A DNA stretch of 62,175 bases from Octopus bimaculoides. Taxonomy: Eukaryota. The stretch is taken from contig NC_068998.1 in the NCBI RefSeq assembly GCF_001194135.2, positions 1,829,302 through 1,891,476 on the forward strand, in the 5' to 3' direction. Below, piece after piece: positions 55,141 to 62,175 of this stretch. The translations under genes were made by a program, and so were the position numbers. Position 1 is the stretch's first letter, and every line of letters begins with the position of its first letter. The notes beneath the pieces were generated by a model, which saw nothing but the letters and a program-made list of their open reading frames with translations, did not search any database and was not told the origin of the DNA.

Positions 55141-55774
55141 TTATATATATATATATGCCATATAACCTTCCAAAGCTAGAAGCCATCATCATTATCTTAG
55201 CAGAATAAGATTCCCAATGAAGACGGCCTTGCAGTACCGATATAATAGAAGCAGCAAAACCTTTCTAAACCCTTGAACAAGTTCAACCTTATGAGAATGA
55301 AGGACAACTCAGAATAACAAGACTCCAAGATATAAAAGATTCACTAGCAATAAGCATATCAAACATATATTCCCATCATCGGCTGCCAAACAGATATCAC
55401 TATTGTTTTGACACCTTGACTGTGCCAATAAATTCAGTAGTGTCCATCCACAGCATCAAAAGACATAAACATTGCTTGGGAATCAATAGACAATTAACAG
55501 GAGCGAAATATTAACGAAATATGCCCAGTATACTGGCACCTGCTTATTATTACAAATACCAGGTAGACATCCATTGGTCTTGGGAGGCCATGGATCTGCA
55601 CCCAAAGAAATCATGTCAGCTGCTGATGGTGGTGCAGCATCTGTTGTGGCTGTAGAGGTTCACATGTGAGTGGCAGTCATGCATACAGCAACTGCATTTG
55701 AAGGAGCTCTCTGCCGGTGCTACTGGTTTTTTTCTTGCTTCATGGGGCTAACNNNNNNNNNNAAATAAAGAATA

Positions 55775-55806
<32 letters not shown>

Positions 55807-55930
55807 TTATGTAATGTGTGAGTCAAGAAAAAGGATATCAGGTTTTTGTTTAGTATTCAAAGATAAGTAAACATTGTTATCAAATGATTAAATTACTTTT
55901 CTTATGTTTTTCCAAAAATTTCTGTTGCAG

Positions 55931-56002
55931 TGACCTTTCCCAGAATTTGTTACCAGGAGTTACCGAAGGGAGTTTTGCCAATATGACTTCTTTGCGGAGA
56001 AT
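55931..56002 (+). CDS. ADGRA3: ADGRA-like exon, LRR4 (72 nt): DLSQNLLPGVTEGSFANMTSLRR
   Basis: Acceptor tttctgttgcag, donor gtgagt; LRR consensus. Confidence 0.93.
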
Positions 56003-56027
56003 GTGAGTATTTTCTCTCTCATATGTG

Positions 56028-56091
<64 letters not shown>

Positions 56092-56227
56092 AACACAAAA
56101 CAGGTTGTTACATGTTACCTGTAGTGCTCAAGAGCAACTTCATACAAATACATATACATACATACATATAAGACATATGTGGGCGTACACTTCTCAAATA
56201 AAATGTATTTTTGTCTTTGTTTTCTAG

Positions 56228-56391
56228 AGATTTCCAGTCGTCTCATTTACGATGTGACTGTCACCTGCAATGGATTGTCAAATGGTCCAAGAACAACAGT
56301 GTGAAGATCCAAGACACAACAGTCTGTGCCATGCCGTCTGATGTTAAGGATCGACCAATTAAAGATCTGAAGAGAAAAGATCTACATTGTG
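56228..56391 (+). CDS. ADGRA3: ADGRA-like exon, LRRCT (164 nt): DFQSSHLRCDCHLQWIVKW...TVCAMP...DLHC
   Basis: Acceptor tttgttttctag, donor gtaagg; CxC...C...C LRRCT cysteine pattern; overlaps ORF 56211..56513. Confidence 0.95.
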
Positions 56392-56705
56392 GTAAGGCAC
56401 TTTCTGTCAAAATTCCTCCTCTTAGTTCCATATTCGGTAACATTTCTGATATGCCCTCCACGATTTCACATCCAGTTTTCCGCGATTGTGGGACTCGGGT
56501 GGAATTGTGTTGAGTCAGATTTTCTATAGCTGGATGCCATTTCTGTCATCAGCTTTCACTTGCTTCCAAGCAAGATAATGTTTCTCCATGGAAGACAGGA
56601 AATGAACAGTCTCCTTTACAACCTTTACGCACTGTTAAGTCAAATACACATACACACACTCTCCTCTCTATCTATCTCTGTATCTCACTCTATCTATTTT
56701 TGTCT

Positions 56706-56743
<38 letters not shown>

Positions 56744-56898
56744 ACAGACTCCCTCACAGTTTCTGTCTACCACATCCACTCACAAGACTTTGGTCTGCTG
56801 GGGCCATAGTAAAAGACACATGCCAAAGTTTCTGTGCAACACACCATGACCCCTTGGTTACAGAGTAAGCTTCTTAACTGCACAGCCTTACCTGTGCT

Positions 56899-56929
<31 letters not shown>

Positions 56930-56957
56930 TTTCTAAATGTTATTTTCCTCTTTCCAG

Positions 56958-57502
56958 AACGTCCTCTGGAACTCCCAGTGTTTGAACTCCTACCTTCAAC
57001 CAATCAAATTGTGTTCGAAGGAGACAAGCTGCCATTTGAATGTCGTGCTTTCAAAATTGATGATGAAGCGGAAATGTTTTGGGTTCGCAAAGGGAAACGC
57101 ATGCATACCAATCGCACTGCTGGAATATTCTTACATGAAACTTACATCCCTGACCGACAGATAATGATCAACCGGTTAGTGATTGAGAAACTTAATAAGA
57201 ATCATCAGGGCGTTTGGGAATGTCAGGTGACCACCCCTCGTGGAAATGTGTCGGACTCGGTTAACGTGGTAGTCATACCAAGCAATGCTTTATACTGCTC
57301 CAGAGAACGTGTCCACACCACAAAGGGGATGTACCTGTGGAAGAAGACAGTTACCGGCATCCAGGTGCAGCAGCTGTGCAACTTCGGTAGGAACCAATAT
57401 GCCACGTATTTCTGCAATGAGTATGGCCACTGGCAAGATCTGGATGTGAGCAGGTGTGAATATGTGATTGAACTAACCCGCAAACTCAACAACTTGGCAA
57501 CC
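56958..57502 (+). CDS. ADGRA3: ADGRA-like exon, Ig-like plus hormone-receptor (HormR) domains (545 nt): ERPLELPVFE...LNNLAT
   Basis: Acceptor tcctctttccag, donor gtaagt. Ig motifs FEC..W..GVWECQV and HormR motifs YC..E..KG.YLW..C..C..GHW..D.SRC. Core of ORF 56834..57580. Confidence 0.96.
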
Positions 57503-57899
57503 GTAAGTATCTTTTGTTCACATGAACATACATGTGTGTATATAACACACACACACACATATATATATGTATATAAGTGATGTAGAGGAAGTACTGTATC
57601 CCTTTACCATACATGTCAATGTTTTCTAGCAAAAACACAAGACAGGAGGGAACCAGGGATCAGAAGAAACCCTTTTAATGACTGCAAAGGGGCTCGCCAG
57701 TAGTGATGTTGAAGTAGGGTGTGTAAAGACTTTCCCAGCAAAAATTTTATCAAATTAATAATTTGTATTTTACAAAAAGTAAATTAATTGCTAATCAGTC
57801 ATTAAATAATTTGATTTTATTTTGTAAACCCAAAACTGAACAAGTTAAGTTTCATCTGCAGCACAAGTTTTAAATTTATGGTTCTTTTGCAATTAAGGG

Positions 57900-58620
57900 A
57901 TCAGAAAGTTCCTGTAGAGTTTATTCCAAACTGGTTGTGCTCCCAGCAATGCTGTCAAACCAGAGTTTTGTCTAAAAGTTGTCCAGAATCCCCTGGAATT
58001 TACTACTCGGTGGATCTTCATCAATGACTTCACTCTCCCCAAGAATATTGTCGTTCTTACCCACCACTAAACATCTGTAAGATGCAATGGTTAATAGACC
58101 ACTGTCCATTTTATCCAAATGGCACAGAATTCTGCCTATTTAACAATATTCCAAGATGCCAGGCACATTGTCTTGGTCCTTGCTTAATGCAAGGCTGCCG
58201 CTGTGCAAAAGAAATGAGTTGTGGGAAGACAAAGTCTGATGAACAGAGGCCAGCATCAGTGCCAACCTGCATGGCTCCAGCTGTTGCACAAGGAACTCTC
58301 TGTACAGTGTGTGTTGGTTGCAAATAGACTTTCTCATCAGAATTGAAAACCAGCTCAATGGCTTATCTTCATTTTTCATGAAATGGAAGACTAATTTTTC
58401 ACAGATGTCTTTACCTCTTGAGTGATTTGAACTGAAACCCATCAGTTGAAACTAAAACAATGACAGCTTCACAAGACACAAAGTAGCAAAGACCCTTATT
58501 TTCTTCACTGAATCCTTTATTATTTGGTGTCAAAGACTTTGCTGCATCAACTGCGACCTGGTCTCTGGCGCAGTTCCACAGCAAATGCTCTGAGGTGAGC
58601 GTTTCACCTTCCAATTTATT
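57900..58620 (-). mobile_element. Decayed hAT-superfamily transposase fragment (ZNF862/ZMYM1-like type) in the 57503-58671 intron
   Basis: Across frameshifts: ...GKDICEKL..., AT(A)GAMQVG.DAGL...FPQLISF / HSGSLALSKDQDNVPGILEY, resembling TDGA..M.G...G....P.LISFHC.AH.LALA. The catalytic-region D appears as A at about 58281. Confidence 0.6.
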
Positions 58621-58671
58621 GTTGAGGTATTTGTTGTTTGTTGATTTTATTTGATTTTTGTTTTATTTCAG

Positions 58672-58815
58672 AAAAGTGTGGATGAGAAGAACGCTTTGGA
58701 CCAAGCTCAAGGTTTACGGGACTTTCTCAGTGGCAACTCAGGAAAAATTAAACATTCAATTGAAGTCACTTTAGTTGCTGTTTGCCTCAGTAAACTTTCC
58801 CCTTATGCTCACAGA

Positions 58816-58818
<3 letters not shown>
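58672..58818 (+). CDS. ADGRA3: ADGRA-like exon, GAIN subdomain A (147 nt): KSVDEKNALDQAQGLRDF...PYAHRE
   Basis: Acceptor ttttatttcag, donor gtaagt; phase 0/0. Confidence 0.9.
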
Positions 58819-58861
<43 letters not shown>

Positions 58862-58962
58862 CTATAGATATTAATTAACTTGCTAATCAACAAATTAATT
58901 AACACAGTAATTGCTTGACCAATCCAAATAGTTTCATCTCTTATTTCCTTCTTTGATTTCAG

Positions 58963-59066
58963 GGTGGACAGATATTCAACATGATGCTGGATACAGCCAG
59001 TGACATCCTTGACCTTAATGACAAGCTGCTGGTCAGGGCCCAACAGAACAACAACAGCTGTTCAAG
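58963..59066 (+). CDS. ADGRA3: ADGRA-like exon, GAIN (104 nt): GGQIFNMMLDTASDILDLNDKLLVRAQQNNNSCS
   Basis: Acceptor ctttgatttcag, donor AG|gtacct; resembles the ADGRA motif D.ASN.M..D..VL..AQ....ACSR. Confidence 0.9.
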
Positions 59067-59169
59067 GTACCTCATCATTTCTCTCACCTTTGATCTCACC
59101 TTTCTTCTTGCTCCCTTCTACCACTGACCTCACCTATTTCCTTCTGTTTTGCTTCTGTTTCTTCTACAG

Positions 59170-59401
59170 AATCATGAAAAGTCTTGAAGTGATGACGAAA
59201 TATGTGCTCCAAAGCAACAGTCACAAGAGTGGTCGTACGCAGAACATTTATGTTGAAGCTTTCAATAAAACCATGGCAAACTATAAAGGAATGTCTTGCT
59301 TTCTGCAAGGCAATCCTACCTTAACTCTTCCCTATACCGACGTTCGCTTCCGCTGCCGACCTGGAGATGGTCTCACTAGTTATATAGAATCAACTAGGAA
59401 G
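59170..59401 (+). CDS. ADGRA3: ADGRA-like exon, GAIN (232 nt): IMKSLEVMTKY...YKGMSC...FRC...STRK
   Basis: Acceptor ttcttctacag, donor AG|gtacta; NIYVEAF and GMSC resemble ADGRA3 NIALEAY and GMTC. Confidence 0.9.
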
Positions 59402-59515
59402 GTACTATGACATCGATTATATTATTAATATTAATAACTAACATATTTGTGTAAGACTTCAAGTTTGAAAATGATATAAAATGATAAACACATTTACTTT
59501 GTTGTTTCTTTGTAG

Positions 59516-59711
59516 GACATCATATCAGCCATTTATCTGCCTGAAACTTTATTCCACAACTCGGATTTACAGCTCAGTAAATCAACAACTATCGGATTAC
59601 AGTTTGCAGCAATCATGGATCCATCTGGATTTCCAATCATCAAATTAGGGGACCCGAAACTGGAAGGGAAAAAATGGAAGGTGGCATCAAAGATTATCTC
59701 TGGCAGCGTTG
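59516..59711 (+). CDS. ADGRA3: ADGRA-like exon, GAIN subdomain B (196 nt): DIISAIYLPETLF...WKVASKIISGSV
   Basis: Acceptor gtttctttgtag, donor gtatgt; I.LP..LF and LQF..F/I GAIN-B motifs. Confidence 0.9.
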
Positions 59712-60507
59712 GTATGTATGTGTTGGGCTTGGGAGTCAACTTTTCTTTTGTTCTCATCGTCAAGAACATCAGCTACACAAACAAATCTGTCCGTATGTCA
59801 TTTGAGAGATGATGGATGTGATGTTAGTGTTGATCAGTTGACCACATGGGTCTGAATTGACCTCTCCTTATTGTCATTGTGTTGTGCCGTGGGACACAGA
59901 AGAGAGTCTTATGCCTGTGATCCATCTAAACCCCCTGTTTGAGCAAGGTACCTAACTCTCCGTATGCCCCCACGACCACATGATTACCGACAATTCGTTC
60001 ATCAGCTGATTAAGCTTAGGCCATCATGGTCATCATTGGAATGTATCCTTTTCTAAAATGGTATGGTATGGTATGATATGATTTAAGCGAGCTTGACTGC
60101 TATTTCTAGCTTAGAGACTCCTTCGTTGTTTCATATCTGGTAATCGTTTTTAGAAAGGCCGGACACCTAGCTGTAGAACCATTCCCACCAACGGATGTGA
60201 ATAAAATCTTGTTGACAACGAAACTGAAAAAATATGTAAGCTAGAGTTGTTTCCCTTGGTAAAATAACTAGGTAGATGAGTTATCTCCCCTGTACTATGA
60301 AAGTTGCTCAGAATTACCTCCCTTCACCACTTGTAAAATAAAAGCAATGCTTTTTAACGAATTCATTTTCTGATAGAAATGTATCTTTAAAAGCATCTTT
60401 TGCGTCTTTTTCATGGCCAAGTCTCTATTGTTTGTAACTCATCTTTCTTTCTGCTCTTACACAACTGAACTGAACTGATGTGTACTCTATATTTGATTCC
60501 ATTTCAG

Positions 60508-60615
60508 GTTATTCTATAACAAACTTGTCTGATCCTGTGATTCTGGTGTTTCACACGGCTCCCTCGGTGGATCGGGAGAAACTACAAGCTGTTTACTGGG
60601 ACTTCTATAGTAATA
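60508..60615 (+). CDS. ADGRA3: ADGRA-like exon, GAIN-B into GPS (108 nt): YSITNLSDPVILVF...AVYWDFYSN
   Basis: Acceptor ttccatttcag, donor gtaagt; NLSDPV and YWD motifs. Confidence 0.92.
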
Positions 60616-60977
60616 GTAAGTTCTTATATACTTATCTCTGAATGTGTGGATGGATGGGTGGGTGGATAGGAGTTTTTGATAGGAAAACAAAAGAGAGAAG
60701 TGCACAGTGTAAGAACACACACGTCAATGGCAGGTTGATAAAGTACCATTCCAGTAGAATTACCTGCAAATATGATGGAACCTTTTCCCGTGGAATCACT
60801 TATATGCAACAGCATGAGAAATGGAATGGTTCTGGAACTAACAATAAACATGTGCTAAATATATTTTTGGTCTTCTTATTCAGATGTGTGTGTGTGTGTG
60901 TTCTGTTATTGCTCAATAACGAGCGTGCTGTCACACAAGACAATAATATCTGATGAATTCTCTGTTTCTTTTGCCAG

Positions 60978-61081
60978 ATGGTTTGGGTGAATGGCGTACA
61001 GACGGTTGTAACATTGTTGGTCATCAGAGGAACCACACCATTGTCCATTGTTATCATCTCACCAATTTTGCTCTGCTACAA
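60978..61081 (+). CDS. ADGRA3: ADGRA-like exon, GPS (104 nt): GLGEWRTDGCNIVGHQRNHTIVHCYHLTNFALLQ
   Basis: Acceptor tttcttttgccag, donor gtaagt; W...GC...C.HLTNFA GPS motif. Confidence 0.95.
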
Positions 61082-61261
61082 GTAAGTTTCTTCAGTCTTT
61101 TGACCTTTCCACATTTCTATAATGTCCGTCTCTTCATCTGACTCACACACTTTGTTCTCTGTGGTGAAGATCTTTGCATTGCAGCTCCTCCATGGTTTTA
61201 GATTTTGTTATTTTGTTATTCCTGTATCAATGTTATCTTCCTCTTTTTGTTCTCTCTACAG

Positions 61262-61380
61262 AACCTAACTCCGGCACTAAGGACTGGCTTTGTGATGATG
61301 GAACCTGTCATATATTTTGGCAGCTGTGTCTGTGTCCTCTGTACAATGGCTGTCATACTCACATACACAACGTGTTTCAG
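61262..61380 (+). CDS. ADGRA3: ADGRA-like exon, linker plus TM1 (119 nt): NLTPALRTGFVMMEPVIYFGSCVCVLCTMAVILTYTTCF
   Basis: Acceptor ttgttctctctacag, donor AG|gtaaga; P(V/I)IY..G...S..C...I.TY is a TM1 pattern of adhesion GPCRs. Not the frame shown in the ORF track. Confidence 0.92.
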
Positions 61381-61849
61381 GTAAGACCACGTACATTGAT
61401 AGCTTTGGGCCAATCTAAACATCTGACCATAAATTTCATCAAACAGAGCTAAGCAGTTGCTAATAATAACAGTAATTATAATTCTTTCTGCAGTAGGCAG
61501 CGGAGGGGGCAGTCAATTACGTGAACCTCAGTATGCAACTGGTACTTATTTCATCAACTCCAAAAGAATGGAAGGTAGAGTCAATCTCAGTGGAACTCAG
61601 AACTTAAAGACGGATGAAACATCGTTAGGCATTTTTTCCAGCTTGCTAACAACTCTGCCATCTCACCGCCACAATAATAATAATGTTGCCACATGGGCAT
61701 TTTGAGGAGAGAGGATGAGTCAGTGATTCTGCCAGCTCATCGCTATAACAATAATATTAATAGTTTCTTTATTTTAACCACATTCACAATAGTCAGTGAA
61801 ACCAGCCATATCATGTGGAAGTTTATACTTGGGCACTAGTCTGCATGCG

Positions 61850-62175
61850 TGCGTGCGTGTGTGTGTGTGTATACACATATATATATATATATACACATAT
61901 ATACACATATATATACACATATATATATATATACACATATATATATATATATATACACATATATACACATATATATATATATATATATACACATATATAC
62001 ATATATATATACACATATATACACATATATATATATATATACACATATATACACATATATATATACACATATATACACATATATATATATATATACACAT
62101 ATATACACATATATATATATATATACACATATATACACATATATATATATATATACACATATATACACATATATA
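61850..62175. repeat. Compound (TG)/(AT)/(AC) microsatellite with a 30-bp higher-order unit, running off the window end
   Basis: atatacacatatatatatatatatacacat is exact at 62071, 62101 and 62131, and partial at 62161. Confidence 0.95.

Noticed and set aside
55150-55740. Non-repetitive stretch in the LRR3-LRR4 intron with faint LINE endonuclease-like words (ISNIYS, LVLGG)
   Set aside because: Similarity is too weak to call without a profile search.
59067-59169. Retention of the 103-nt weak-donor intron giving a truncated ectodomain ending RYLIISLTFDLTFLLAPFYH* (GPI-signal-like)
   Set aside because: Pyrimidine-rich introns naturally encode hydrophobic residues, the tail contains Asp, and the stop at 59125-59127 would be an expected NMD target. 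No evidence of use.

Overview
Eukaryotic, repeat-rich, gapped draft sequence (10 N-gaps). The dense AC/AG/AT microsatellites and SINE families look like an octopus (cephalopod) genome; this is recognition from memory, not a search result. The six-frame ORF track is almost entirely microsatellite or low-complexity noise. The only host gene I can support is a + strand adhesion GPCR of subfamily A (ADGRA2/GPR124-ADGRA3/GPR125-like). I assembled it by hand from 13 GT-AG exons between 33630 and 61380 (2007 nt, 668 whole codons, all phases compatible, no stops). The domain order is 4 x 72-nt LRR exons, LRRCT, Ig+HormR, GAIN, GPS (HL|TNFALLQ) and TM1. Exon 1 (signal peptide/LRRNT) and TM2-7 were not found. 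The rest is transposon debris: at least four SINE-like families, RTE-LINE 3' ends, mariner and hAT fossils, and TTAA-ended MITE-like elements. The strongest oddities are (i) a 100% identical 140-bp inverted repeat (14498-14637 / 15399-15538) made of otherwise decayed SINE sequence, plus perfect 33-bp and 16-bp inverted repeats elsewhere, and (ii) a canonical cleavable-type GPS with a Gln in place of the Stachel Met. I found no evidence for a wholly new multi-gene system. Repeat boundaries are approximate (about +/-20 bp); exon and perfect-inverted-repeat coordinates were counted base by base.
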